A stretch of 64,000 nucleotides of DNA, taken from contig CAVTCZ010000017.1 of NCBI GenBank assembly GCA_963733395.1, forward strand, positions 3,368 to 67,367, in the 5' to 3' direction. Shown here one piece after another: positions 52,406 to 62,589 of this stretch. Below the pieces are notes generated by a model. The model ran no database searches. It saw only the letters and a program-made list of their open reading frames with translations, and had not been told where the DNA came from. Made by a program: the position numbers and the translations under genes. Position 1 is the first letter of the stretch; each line of letters opens with the position of its first letter. The stretch comes from an uncultured Actinomycetota bacterium (lineage in GTDB: Bacteria; Actinomycetota; Actinomycetes; S36-B12; UBA10799).

Positions 52406-52576
52406 CGGCGCACGTGCGGAAGGCGTGTCTTCGTTCCCCGACGGGACCACGTCTTACCAACGGCACGCGGCCGATTCCCGCAAGTCATGGGGTCCTTCGG
52501 AGTCCAGGGGAGGGGATGCGAGTGGGGCCCAGACGCCGTCGTCGCGGAACACGGAATCCGAACATGCACATTTGGC

Positions 52577-52628
52577 AGAACTTCGGGCCGATTCCGGCCA
52601 CGGATGGCCGGAATCGGCCCGAAGTTCT
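52577..52628. repeat. REP-like hairpin, family 1 (perfect 23-bp stem, 6-nt loop)
   Basis: AGAACTTCGGGCCGATTCCGGCC ACGGAT GGCCGGAATCGGCCCGAAGTTCT lies in the DUF4233-ndk intergenic region. A half-arm-like sequence (cggccgattcccgcaagt) is at ~52467. Confidence 0.8.
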
Positions 52629-52835
52629 CGAGGATGGCTGCTTCCGGACACGCGCGGGCATGTGCTGACGTGGTAGCAGGGCCAGCTGCTGGTCGACAGC
52701 GGAGGTCCCGATCGGCTCGTGCTCGCGACCTAAGGGGTGTCCCGGGCCGACGGCGGCTCGACCAGCAGCACTGCGACGACCCCGGCGGCGCGGCGGCTGC
52801 CATGGCGTCAACACCCCGCCCTTACCCTTGGATGC

Positions 52836-53246
52836 ATGGCGAACGAACGCACCCTGATCCTGGTCAAACCCGATGGCGTCGAGCGTGGTCTCGTGGGCGA
52901 GGTGCTCTCCCGCATCGAGCGCAAGGGGTTCACCCTGGTGGCCCTCGAACTGCGGACGCTGGACGTGGCGACGGCGCAGTCCCACTACGGCGAACACGAG
53001 GGCAAGCCGTTCTTCGGCGATCTCGTCGAGTTCATCACCTCCGGCCCGCTGGTGGCCGGTGTGATCGAGGGCGAGGACGCCATCGTGGCCTGGCGCACCA
53101 TGATGGGCGCGACCAAGCCGGTCGAGGCCACCCCGGGGTCGATCCGGGCGGATCTGGCCACTGAGATGGGTCGCAACATCGTCCACGGGTCGGATTCGCC
53201 GGAATCCGCCGCCCGCGAGATCGGGTTGTTCTTCCCCGGTCTGTAG
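52836..53246 (+). CDS. ndk: Nucleoside-diphosphate kinase
   Basis: [32 protein letters not shown]...NIVHGSDS. Confidence 0.95.
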   Translation: MANERTLILVKPDGVERGLVGEVLSRIERKGFTLVALELRTLDVATAQSHYGEHEGKPFFGDLVEFITSGPLVAGVIEGEDAIVAWRTMMGATKPVEATPGSIRADLATEMGRNIVHGSDSPESAAREIGLFFPGL

Positions 53247-53323
53247 CCCGACGGGCAATCTGGCAAACCGGCCCCGGCTTGTCCGGGGCGCTACGTACCA
53301 TGGGTGAGCACCGGTGGGAGGTC

Positions 53324-54373
53324 ATGTTGGCGATGCTGGCGGATTCGCGCCCCCGGCCACGGTTGAGTCTCGGACGTGATCTGGCGATCGACCTCGGTAC
53401 GGCCAACACGCGTATCTTCACTCGCGGCCTCGGCGTCGTCCTCGACGAGCCCTCCGTGGTCGCGCTGCGCGAGGGCGATGTGGTGGCGGTGGGTGAGCAG
53501 GCCAAGCAGATGGTCGGACGCGCGCCCGGCGAGATCGAGGTCGTGCAGCCGGTCCAGCATGCGGTGATCCGGCATTACGACGCCGCCGAGCGGATGCTGC
53601 GCTACTTCGTGCAGACCGCGCACGGGCGTTCGTTGATCAGTCGTCCCCGATTGGTGATCAACACCCCGTCGCACCTCACCGGTGTCGAACAGCGCGCCGT
53701 CCGGGACGCTGCCTACGCCGCGGGCGCCCGACAGGTGTTCCTGATCCCCACCGCGCTGGCCGCGGCGATCGGTGCCGACGTGCCGATCCACGAGACCCGT
53801 GGCCACTTCGTGCTGTCCATCGGCGCCGGGTCGACGGAGGTGGCCGTGATCGCCCTCGGGGGCGTCGTGTCGGGGGAGGGCCTGCGCCTCGGCGGGGACG
53901 ACTTCGACCAGGCGATCGTGGACTACCTCGTGGAGCACTTCGACATCCGGGTGGGCGCGGTGACGGCTGAGGGGATCAAGATCTCGCTGGGATCGGCGGT
54001 GCCCGTCGATGGGCTTCCAGCCATCCCGGTGCAAGGCCAGGACACCCGCACCGGGCTGCCGAAACAGATCGAACTCTCGGCCTCGCACGTGCGCAAGGCG
54101 CTGCAACGGCCGCTGGAGGAGATGCTCACGGCGCTGCGCCGGGTCCTCGACGCGACCGGGGCGGAGGTCGCCGGGGACCTGGTCCGCTCCGGACTGGTGG
54201 TGACCGGCGGCGGTGCGCTGTTGCGTGGTCTGCCCGAACGCCTCGAACACGACCTGGGGGTGCCGGTGCGGCTGGCCGAGCAGGCCGACCTCAGCGTGGT
54301 CGACGGCGCGGGCCGGTGCGCGGAGAACATCTCCAGCGTGCGCAAGTTGCTCCTGATCGAGCCTGCCTTCTGA
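53324..54373 (+). CDS. mreB: Rod-shape-determining protein MreB
   Basis: GRDLAIDLGTANTRIF...VVALRE...IGAGSTEVAVI.... The start is uncertain (53324 or 53333). Confidence 0.9.
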   Translation: MLAMLADSRPRPRLSLGRDLAIDLGTANTRIFTRGLGVVLDEPSVVALREGDVVAVGEQAKQMVGRAPGEIEVVQPVQHAVIRHYDAAERMLRYFVQTAHGRSLISRPRLVINTPSHLTGVEQRAVRDAAYAAGARQVFLIPTALAAAIGADVPIHETRGHFVLSIGAGSTEVAVIALGGVVSGEGLRLGGDDFDQAIVDYLVEHFDIRVGAVTAEGIKISLGSAVPVDGLPAIPVQGQDTRTGLPKQIELSASHVRKALQRPLEEMLTALRRVLDATGAEVAGDLVRSGLVVTGGGALLRGLPERLEHDLGVPVRLAEQADLSVVDGAGRCAENISSVRKLLLIEPAF

Positions 54374-54375
54374 CG

Positions 54376-55104
54376 ATGGCCCGTACCCGCACGACCGTCC
54401 TGTTGCTCGTGGTCGCCTCCCTGGCGCTCATCCTGTGGGACCTCCGCGCCTCCGACACCGCCGTGCGATCGGCGGTGCAGTCGGTCGTGACCCCCCTGCA
54501 GCGCACAGCCACCGCGGTGTTCGCCCCGCTGGGCAGCTGGGCCCGCGACGTGCAGTCCTTCTCCGAGCCGGCGGCCCGCCAGCAAGCCGCGGCGCCGATC
54601 GCCGCAGGCGTGCCCAGTGGCTGGCGGACCACACCGGCCCGGGTGGTGGCCGCCGACATCGCCGGTGACCGTGCCGTCGTCACCGTCGACGGCGGGCGGC
54701 GAGCGGGCGTGCAGCCGGGCAACGCGGTTCTGGCCACCGGAGGCCTGATCGGCCAGGTGTCGCGGGTGTCGGACAACGCGGCGACGGTTCTGCTTGTCAC
54801 GGATCCCCAGAGCACGATCGGGGTGCGAGTGGTGCCGAGCAAGGAGATGGGGGTCGTCTCGGGTGCTGCGATGGGCGAGGACATGCAGTTGGGGGTCCTG
54901 AACCCGGCCGCCGAGATCAGCACCGGTGATCTGGTCGTCTCACTCGGATCGACGCAGCCGGCGGGGGTCCCCCCGGATCTGCCGGTGGGCACGATCACGG
55001 CGGTCGACACGACTGCGGTGGACTCCGGGCGGGCCGGTCTGGTCGCGCCCGTCGCCGGGATGACCACGCTGGAGACGGTCCTGATCCTCACGGAGAAGTC
55101 ATGA
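54376..55104 (+). CDS. mreC: Rod-shape-determining protein MreC
   Basis: An N-terminal TM helix followed by ...GNAVLATGGLIGQVSRVSDNAATVLLVTDPQSTIGVRV.... Position follows mreB. Confidence 0.85.
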   Translation: MARTRTTVLLLVVASLALILWDLRASDTAVRSAVQSVVTPLQRTATAVFAPLGSWARDVQSFSEPAARQQAAAPIAAGVPSGWRTTPARVVAADIAGDRAVVTVDGGRRAGVQPGNAVLATGGLIGQVSRVSDNAATVLLVTDPQSTIGVRVVPSKEMGVVSGAAMGEDMQLGVLNPAAEISTGDLVVSLGSTQPAGVPPDLPVGTITAVDTTAVDSGRAGLVAPVAGMTTLETVLILTEKS

Positions 55105-55604
55105 GCGCCGTGGCCGGCCGCCCGGCCCAGCTGCACGCGCCCCGGGTGCTGGTCGTCGGGGCCGCGTCGCTGCTCGGGGCTTTCGTGGCGCAGACCTCGA
55201 TCCTGCCGGCCGTGGGCCTGTCCGCGGCGGTGCCCCTGGTGTGGACCACGGTCGCGGTCCTGGCGATGGCGTGGGGGCCGCGGCCGGGTGCTGTCGCCGG
55301 CTTCGGGGTGGGCCTGCTGCTGGACCTGACGGGCGCGGGAGTGATCGGCGTGGGGGCGTTGGTCGGCTGTGTGCTGGGGGTGGCTGCTGCCGGTATCCCG
55401 GAGGACCGCCGTCGGTGGTCGGGCCTGGGGTGGGTGGTGGCCGCTGTGCTGATGGCGGCGATCACGGATTCGGTGCTCAACGGGGTCTTGGACGGCCGGG
55501 CGCCGCAACCCACGACCGGTTGGCTCTGGACGTTGGGGGGCGCCATCGTCTGTGCCCTCGTGCTGCTTCCCGCCCGAGGATGGCTGCGGGCGGTGGTCAG
55601 GTGA
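55101..55604 (+). CDS. mreD: Rod-shape-determining protein MreD
   Basis: 167-aa polytopic membrane ORF. ATGA overlap with mreC and GTGA overlap with PBP2. Confidence 0.8.
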   Translation: MSAVAGRPAQLHAPRVLVVGAASLLGAFVAQTSILPAVGLSAAVPLVWTTVAVLAMAWGPRPGAVAGFGVGLLLDLTGAGVIGVGALVGCVLGVAAAGIPEDRRRWSGLGWVVAAVLMAAITDSVLNGVLDGRAPQPTTGWLWTLGGAIVCALVLLPARGWLRAVVR

Positions 55605-57529
55605 CTCAGGTCGACACACACGCGCGCACCCGCACACCGCGGTCGGGTGCCTCCGCCCGCCGGCTGCGCCTGCTGCGGGTGATCATCCTCGTGATCGGTC
55701 TGACCATCGCCGCCCGCCTGATCTGGATCCAGACGGCGCAGTCCCAGCAGTACGCCGCGCAAGCCGACCGCATCCAGACCGACCTGGTCGACATCCCGGC
55801 GGCGCGGGGGGCGATCGTCGATCGCTCCGGTGCAATCCTGGCCGGCAACCGCACGACCTACGAGGTGCTGCTCAGTTCGCCGGCCGACGAAGCGACGGTG
55901 CAGCGCCTGGCCGAACTCAGCGGCACCGGCAGTAGCCGGATCGCAGCTCGGATGCTGGTGTGCGGCGAGCAGGGGGCGCAGCCGGGCACCTGCTACCGGG
56001 GCGAGCCGGGGGAGCCCATCCCGGTTCTGCGCGACGTGCCCATCCCGCAGGCACTGGCCATCGACGCGGCGGGGCTGTCGGGTGTGACCGTGGCGCAGGC
56101 GGCGGTGCGCGACTACCCGTCGAAGGTCAACGCCGCGCAGGTGCTGGGATACCTCGGCGAGGGCGAGGGCCGATCCGGGCTGGAGGCCCAGTACGAGGCG
56201 GCGCTGCAGGGCACACCTGGTGAAGCGCGCCGGGAACTGACGCGGGAAGGTCAACTGGAACGCCAGGTCGTGCGGGATCCGCAGCCCGGACAGACGCTCG
56301 TGACGACCCTCGACGTCGACACCCAGCTGGTCGCCGAGAAGGCACTTCAACAGGCCGTGGACTCTGCTCGCGCGGCCGGCTACAAGGCCACCGGCGGCTC
56401 GGTGGTCGTCATGGACGTGGATACCGGTGCCATCCGGGCGATGGCCTCCTACCCGACGTACGACCCGAACATCTGGGCGCGCGGGGTCACCGACGCCCAA
56501 TACGCGCGGCTGACCGACGAGAACGGCGGACGACCGCTGGTGTTCCGTCCCACCCAGGCACTGGCGCCACCGGCATCGACGTTCAAGTCCGTGACCACTG
56601 CGGCTGCGGCCAATGCCGGCTTCGACCTCGACGGCACCTACGACTGCCCGGCCGCGGTGGTGGTCGGGGGCCAACTCTTCCGCAACTACGAGAGCCGGGC
56701 TTATGGCCCCATGTCCCTGGCGCGGGCCCTGTCCGTCTCCTGCGACACGGTGTTCTACCGCTTGGGCTACCAGATGTGGAAACGCGACGGCGGCCTGGCC
56801 GGCAAACGGGCGCAGGAGGCCGTGGTCCGCACCGCGCGCAGTTTCGGTCTGGGATCGGCCACCGGCGTGGACCTCCCGGGCGAGGTCTCCGGATCCATCC
56901 CGGATCGGGCGCAGGTCCGCGCGGAGTACGACGAGCGCAGTGAGGCCTACTGCTTGCGCGCGCAGACCGGCTATCCGGAGGAGTCGAACAAGGCCCGGGC
57001 CCGGCTGCTCAAGGCCTATGCCCGCGACTACTGCCGATCCGGCTACGAGTACCGGGCCGGCGATGCGTTGAACACCGCGATCGGGCAGGGCCGGACCCAG
57101 GTCACGCCCTTGCAGATGGCAACGGCGTACGCGGCGATCGCCAACGGGGGAACCCTGGTCACACCGCACGTGGGTGCGGAACTGCGCGGCGGTTCCACGA
57201 CCTCGTTGCGGCCAGCTGCCCGGGGCAGGGTGGATGCCTCTGGCGAGACGCTGACCTATGTCCGGCGGGCGCTGGCCACCACGACCGTGACCGGGACCGC
57301 CAGCGGGGCGTTCCTCGGCTTCCCGCTGGAGGACTACCCCGTCGCGGCCAAGACCGGCACGGCCGAGGTTGCGGGCAAGCAGTCGACCTCGTGGTTCGCC
57401 AGCTTCGCCCCCGCAGACGACCCGCAGTACGTCGTGATCGTCAATGTCGACCAGGGCGGGCTGGGCGCCGCGACCTCCGGGCCGGTGGCACGCGCGGTGT
57501 ACGAGCAGTTGTTCGGGATCGATCAGTGA
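55601..57529 (+). CDS. mrdA: Penicillin-binding protein 2 (elongasome transpeptidase)
   Basis: TM anchor, PASTFKSVT (SxxK) and AKTGTAEV (KTG). Confidence 0.9.
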   Translation: MTQVDTHARTRTPRSGASARRLRLLRVIILVIGLTIAARLIWIQTAQSQQYAAQADRIQTDLVDIPAARGAIVDRSGAILAGNRTTYEVLLSSPADEATVQRLAELSGTGSSRIAARMLVCGEQGAQPGTCYRGEPGEPIPVLRDVPIPQALAIDAAGLSGVTVAQAAVRDYPSKVNAAQVLGYLGEGEGRSGLEAQYEAALQGTPGEARRELTREGQLERQVVRDPQPGQTLVTTLDVDTQLVAEKALQQAVDSARAAGYKATGGSVVVMDVDTGAIRAMASYPTYDPNIWARGVTDAQYARLTDENGGRPLVFRPTQALAPPASTFKSVTTAAAANAGFDLDGTYDCPAAVVVGGQLFRNYESRAYGPMSLARALSVSCDTVFYRLGYQMWKRDGGLAGKRAQEAVVRTARSFGLGSATGVDLPGEVSGSIPDRAQVRAEYDERSEAYCLRAQTGYPEESNKARARLLKAYARDYCRSGYEYRAGDALNTAIGQGRTQVTPLQMATAYAAIANGGTLVTPHVGAELRGGSTTSLRPAARGRVDASGETLTYVRRALATTTVTGTASGAFLGFPLEDYPVAAKTGTAEVAGKQSTSWFASFAPADDPQYVVIVNVDQGGLGAATSGPVARAVYEQLFGIDQ

Positions 57530-58665
57530 CCGGCTTGCTCACCCCGTCGAGGCTGTTGCCCACGGCCCGGCGCTTCGATCCCTGGCTGCTGGCGTGCGCG
57601 GTCTCGCTGAGCTTGATCGGCATCGCGATGGTCTACTCCACGACGTGGGCGCGACTGGTCAACGATGGTGATCCGGCAGGGTACTTCGCCACCCGGCAGG
57701 CCCTGTTCGTGGTGCTCGGGGGGCTGGCGGCCTGGGTCGTGTACCGCCTCGACCGGCCCACACTGATGGCGCTGGCCCTCGGCGGTTATGCCGCCAGCGT
57801 GCTCGGACTGCTGGCCGTGCTCAGCCCGTTGGGCACCACGATCAACGGCACCCGGGCGTGGCTCACGCTGCCCGGCGGGTTCACCTTGCAGCCGGCTGAG
57901 TTCGCGAAGGTCTTCGTGGTGCTGCTGGCAGCCCTGTGGCTGTCGGACCGGCACGGCGTGCGAGGTCTGGACGATCCGCCCGAGCCGCAGGCGGTGTTGG
58001 GGGTGCTGGCTGCCACCGCCGTGGTGGCCGGGCTGTTGCTGCTCCAACCCGACCTGGGCTCAGCCCTCGTCACCGGCGCGGCGGTGCTGGGCGTGCTGTT
58101 CGTCGCCGGAGTGCGCCGCAGGTTGCTGCTCCTGCTGCTCGGCGCCGGCGCCGCGGCGGGTGTGCTCGCCTACCTGGTCGGTGTGCTGGACGCGTACCAG
58201 GTGGCGCGCTTCACAGCCTTCCTCGATCCGGCGGCCGACCCGCAGGGCGTGGGCTACAACGTGCAGCAGGCGCTCATCGCGATCGGTACCGGTGGTGTCG
58301 ACGGGCAGGGGCTGCTTGCCGGCGCCCACACGCAGGGGGCTTTCGTCCCGTACCAGTACACCGACTTCATCTTCTCGGCTGTGGGTGAGGAACTCGGGTT
58401 GCTGGGAGGTCTGCTGGTGATCGGGTTGTTCGTGGCGCTGTTGCAGCGCGGCGTCACCGCCGCAATGCACGCCGATCGGTTCGGCGCGCTGCTGGCCACG
58501 GGGATCGTGTGCTGGCTGGCCGCGCAGGGCTTCGAGAACATCGGCATGAACCTGGGGCTGCTGCCGGTCACCGGGGTTCCGCTGCCGCTGGTGTCCTACG
58601 GCGGCTCCAGCGTGATCGCCGCCTGGATCGGCGTCGGCTTGTTGCTCAAGGTGTCGCGGCACTAG
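57526..58665 (+). CDS. rodA: FtsW/RodA/SpoVE-family peptidoglycan polymerase RodA
   Basis: The GTG overlaps the PBP2 stop. Polytopic, with ...QPAEFAKV...[17 protein letters not shown]...[11 protein letters not shown].... Confidence 0.9.
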   Translation: MTGLLTPSRLLPTARRFDPWLLACAVSLSLIGIAMVYSTTWARLVNDGDPAGYFATRQALFVVLGGLAAWVVYRLDRPTLMALALGGYAASVLGLLAVLSPLGTTINGTRAWLTLPGGFTLQPAEFAKVFVVLLAALWLSDRHGVRGLDDPPEPQAVLGVLAATAVVAGLLLLQPDLGSALVTGAAVLGVLFVAGVRRRLLLLLLGAGAAAGVLAYLVGVLDAYQVARFTAFLDPAADPQGVGYNVQQALIAIGTGGVDGQGLLAGAHTQGAFVPYQYTDFIFSAVGEELGLLGGLLVIGLFVALLQRGVTAAMHADRFGALLATGIVCWLAAQGFENIGMNLGLLPVTGVPLPLVSYGGSSVIAAWIGVGLLLKVSRH

Positions 58666-58691
58666 TGGTGTGTCGGTTCTGGCGTTCCGAA

Positions 58692-58886
58692 GGGCAGATT
58701 GCGTGGGAGGTCGTTTCGTTGCGTGTGGCGCAATTTGCCGGCCCGGGGGCCGGGTGCGGGTGGTTGTGGGTGCGGCGGGGCAGGGTGTCTCCACGGGGCA
58801 GATTGCGTGGGAGGTCGTTTTGTTGCCTGTGGCGCAATTTGCCGGCCCGGGGGCCGGGGGCCGGGTGCGGGTGGTTGTGGATGCGG
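58692..58886 (+). repeat. Tandem ~104-bp intergenic repeat, two copies
   Basis: gggcagattgcgtgggaggtcgttt(c/t)gttgc(g/c)tgtggcgcaatttgccggcccgggggccggg...tgcgggtggttgtgg(g/a)tgcgg starts at 58692 and again at 58796. Copy 2 carries an extra ggccggg. Each unit holds a CAGATTGCG/CGCAATTTG stem and a CCGGCC/GGCCGG stem. Confidence 0.8.
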
Positions 58887-58942
58887 TCGGAATCCCCCGC
58901 ACTGCGTTCGCGCGCTCGCCGCGTCTGCCGCACGCTGGAGGT

Positions 58943-59557
58943 ATGACTCCCGTGGACTTCTACTTCGATCCCGTCTGCCCGTGGGCCTGGATGAGCTCGC
59001 GCTGGATGCTGGCGGTCGAGCAGGTCAGAGATGTCGAGGTGCGCTGGCACGTGATGTCGCTGTCCGTGCTCAACGAGGGCCGCGATCTCCCCGAGGAGTA
59101 CGTGGAACTGCTGGGCAAGGCATGGGGGCCGGTCCGGGTCGTGATCGCTGCCGAGCAGGCCCATGGCAACGAGGTGGTGGGACCCCTGTATACGGCCATG
59201 GGCTCGGCGATCCATCTCGAGGGCATGCAGGATTACGACCTGGCCATCGCCAAGGCCCTCGCCGAGACCGGGCTGCCATCCCAGTTGGCCGCCGCCGCCC
59301 ACAGTGACGAGCACGACGAGCTCTTGCGGGCGTCACATCATCGCGGGATGGATCCGGTGGGCCAGGACGTGGGCACCCCTGTGATCCACGTGCCCGGTCC
59401 CGACGGCGAGCCGGTGGCGTTCTTCGGCCCGGTGGTGTCACCCGCGCCGACGGGCGAGGCGGCGGGCCGGCTGTGGGACGGTGTGCTGGCGGTGGCCGGC
59501 ACACCTGGCTTCTTCGAGTTGAAGCGCACCCGGGACGTCGGGCCTATCTTCGCGTGA
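58943..59557 (+). CDS. DsbA-like thioredoxin-fold protein
   Basis: [21 protein letters not shown]... (CPWAW motif), 204 aa. Confidence 0.7.
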   Translation: MTPVDFYFDPVCPWAWMSSRWMLAVEQVRDVEVRWHVMSLSVLNEGRDLPEEYVELLGKAWGPVRVVIAAEQAHGNEVVGPLYTAMGSAIHLEGMQDYDLAIAKALAETGLPSQLAAAAHSDEHDELLRASHHRGMDPVGQDVGTPVIHVPGPDGEPVAFFGPVVSPAPTGEAAGRLWDGVLAVAGTPGFFELKRTRDVGPIFA

Positions 59558-59577
59558 TCGCCGTTACGTACCCTGGC

Positions 59578-61486
59578 ATGGTGCAGTCCGTCTACCCAGC
59601 CCTCGAACGCATCCTGCCGTTGGTGCGCAAGCCGATCCAGTATGTCGGCGGTGAACTCAACGCCACGGTCAAGCCGTGGGACTCCGTGGCGGTGCGCTGG
59701 GCGCTGATGTACCCCGACGCCTACGAGGTCGGCCTGCCCAACCAGGGGCTGCAGATCCTGTACGAAGTGCTCAACGAACGCGCCGATGTCCTGGCCGAGC
59801 GGACTTACTCGGTGTGGCCCGACATGGAAGCGCTCATGCGCGAGAACGCGATCCCCCAGTTCACGGTCGAATCCCACCGGCCGGTGGGCGCGTTCGACGT
59901 GCTGGGAGTCTCCTTCGCCACCGAGTTGGGCTACACGAACCTGCTCACCGCACTGGATCTGGCGGGTATCCCGCTGCATGCCGCGGACCGCTCCGACGAG
60001 CACCCGCTGGTGGTGGCCGGCGGCCACGCCGCGTTCAACCCGGAGCCGATCGCCGATTTCATCGACGCCGCGGTCATCGGCGACGGTGAGGCGGCCGCGC
60101 TGCAGCTGTCGGACCTGATCCGCGACGTCAAAGCCGCCGGTGGTGGCCGTCGGGAGTTGCTCGACGCGGTCACCCGGTCGGGGATCGCCTACGTGCCCAG
60201 CCGCTACGACGTGTCCTACCTGCCCGACGGCCGCATCCACCGGGTCGTCCCGGTCGGCGACGGCACCCCGTGGCGGGTCGCCAAGCACACGGTCAGCGAT
60301 CTCGACGAATGGCCCTACCCCAAGCAGCCGCTGGTACCGCTGGCGGAGACGGTCCACGAGCGGGCGTCGGTGGAGATCTTCCGCGGCTGCACCCGTGGCT
60401 GCCGGTTCTGCCAGGCGGGCATGATCACCCGTCCGGTCAGGGAGCGTTCCAAGACGACGGTCGCCGACATGGTGCAGACCGCACTGGACGCCACCGGGTT
60501 CGAGGAGGTCGGCCTGCTCAGCCTCTCCAGCGCGGATCACTCCGAGATCGCCGACCTCACGAAGGGTCTCGCCGACCGCTACGAGGGCACGAACACTGGT
60601 CTGTCGCTGCCATCGACGCGGGTGGACGCCTTCAACATCGACCTGGCCAACGAACTGGCCCGCAACGGTCGCCGCTCCGGGCTGACGTTCGCACCGGAGG
60701 GTGGTAGCGAACGGATTCGCAAGGTGATCAACAAGATGGTCGGTGAGGAGGACCTCATCCGCACGGTCGCGGCCGCGTATGCCGCCGGCTGGCGGCAGGT
60801 GAAGCTCTACTTCATGTGTGGACTCCCGACGGAGACCGACGACGACGTGCTGCAGATCGCCCGCATGGCCAAGGAGGTCATCCGCACCGGCCGGGAGGTG
60901 TCGGGCCGCAAGGACATCCGGTGCACGGTGTCGATCGGCGGGTTCGTGCCGAAACCCCACACCCCCTTCCAGTGGGCTGCCCAACTGGGGTGGGAGGCCA
61001 CCGACGCCCGGCTCAAACTGCTGCGGGACGAGATCCGGTCCGACCGCGATCTCGGCAAGGCCATCGGCTTCCGCTACCACGACGGCCGGCCCGGGATCGT
61101 GGAGGGCCTTGCTGGCCCGTGGCGACCGTCGAGTGGGTGCCGTCATCGAGCAGGTCTGGCGAGACGGTGGCCGCTTCGACGGCTGGAGCGAGTACTTCAG
61201 CTACGACCGCTGGATGGCTGCCGCCGAGACGGTCGGGGTCGAGGTCGATTGGTACACCACCCGTGAGCGCGAGCTGGCCGAGGTGCTTCCGTGGGACCAC
61301 CTCGACTCCGGGTTGGACAAGGAATGGCTGTGGCAGGACTGGCAGGACGCTCTCGATGAGGTAGAGGTTGAGGATTGCCGGTGGTCCCCGTGCTTCGACT
61401 GCGGGGTGTGCGATCAGATGGGTACGCAGATCCAGGTCGGCCCCACCGACGGTGTGATCCTGCCGATCGTGCAGGTCAGGTCCTGA
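59578..61486 (+). CDS. B12-binding-domain radical SAM protein (TIGR03960-like), one apparent +1 frameshift at ~61110
   Basis: EIFRGCTRGCRFCQAG (CxxxCxxC) is present. ...FRYHDGRPGIVEGL is in frame 1. LARGDRRVGAVIEQVWRDGGRFDGWSEYF...DCRWSPCFDCGVC... follows in frame 2. Conserved trio with DUF2344 and rne. Confidence 0.8.
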
Positions 61487-62169
61487 TGGCCCGGCGAACC
61501 CCCGACCGCGAGTACATCCCCCCGGTCCAGACGCTGCAGGTCCGCTACGCGAAGCGTGGCCGCATGCGCTTCGCCTCCCACCGGGACTTCCAGCGAGCCT
61601 GGGAGCGGGCACTGCGCAGGGTGGGCGTGCCGATGGCGTACTCCGCCGGCTTCTCGCCGCACCCCAAGGTCTCCTACGCCGGCGCGGCCCCCACGGGTGC
61701 GGCCAGCGAAGCGGAGTTCCTGGAGATCGGCGTGGTCGAGCAGGTGGACCCGGAACAACTGCGCTGCGCGCTCGACGAGGCCCTGCCCGAGGGCCTGGAC
61801 GTGGTGGCGATCCAGGAGGCGGCCGGCCCCCTGGTCGAGCAACTGCGGGCCAGTCGGTGGCGCCTGCACTGGTCGGTGGCTATCGACCAGGCGGTGTCGG
61901 CCTTCGAGAAAGCGCCGTGTGTCGAGGTGGAGCGGACCACGAAGGCGGGCCGCCGCACGATCGATGTGCGGGCGCTGTGTTCCGATTTCGAGGTCGTCGA
62001 TGGCCAGACGCTGGAACTGACGGTGGCTCATGCCGAACCCACTCCGCGGCCCGCGGAGGTGGTGACGGCCATCCGGACGGTGTCGCCGGACCTGCCGGAG
62101 GGTACGGTTCTGGCCACCCGCCTGGCCCAGGGCGCGCCCTCGGACGGTGTGGTGCAGCCCCCGTTCTGA
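61486..62169 (+). CDS. Radical-SAM-associated DUF2344 (TIGR03936-like) protein
   Basis: MARRTPDREYIPPVQTLQVRYAKRGRMRFASHRDFQRAWERALRRVGVPMAYSAGFSPHPKVSYAGA.... The ATG overlaps the upstream stop. Confidence 0.8.
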   Translation: MARRTPDREYIPPVQTLQVRYAKRGRMRFASHRDFQRAWERALRRVGVPMAYSAGFSPHPKVSYAGAAPTGAASEAEFLEIGVVEQVDPEQLRCALDEALPEGLDVVAIQEAAGPLVEQLRASRWRLHWSVAIDQAVSAFEKAPCVEVERTTKAGRRTIDVRALCSDFEVVDGQTLELTVAHAEPTPRPAEVVTAIRTVSPDLPEGTVLATRLAQGAPSDGVVQPPF

Positions 62170-62589
62170 CCCTCACCGGGCCATTCGTGGTCCGGGGCGC
62201 CTCGCGGACCAGCACTGGCGAGGACACAGAGGATAAGTCACCAACCGTGGGCCGATAGCAGATGGTGACTTCAGGGGTTGGACCACGAGTGGAGGGCTCG
62301 GCTTGAGCACCTCCGTGCCACGCCGAAAGGCCCTTACCCTGAGTAATCGGGTGGCTGCGTTGTGCGTTGTGCGATACTGCATGAGTCGGGCGCCTACCAG
62401 GAGCCCGGCCGGTGACAGGAATTGCTGCCCGGGCGCCGATAACGCGCCTTCGTTAGTGCGGCATACCATCACCGCCGAATGGAAGCTTTGTGTTCGGTTG
62501 AGGCCGGACACCAACGATGGGTCCCAACGACCCCGTGCACGGACAGGTTGCCTGCGGGGTCAGTGAAAGATCCGGATCGGGAGTGCCCG
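62170..62589 (+). promoter_or_regulatory. Long (~420 nt) leader upstream of rne with visibly lower GC
   Basis: No credible ORF. Composition is noticeably less GC-rich than the flanks. It sits directly upstream of the RNase E/G start. Confidence 0.35.

Noticed and set aside
55088-57169. 693-aa minus-strand ORF
   Set aside because: It is antisense to PBP2 and mreD, which carry clear SxxK/KTG motifs and operon overlaps.
58692-58886. Possible CRISPR or minisatellite
   Set aside because: There are only two directly abutting ~104-bp copies with no spacer structure. It is reported as a tandem intergenic repeat instead.
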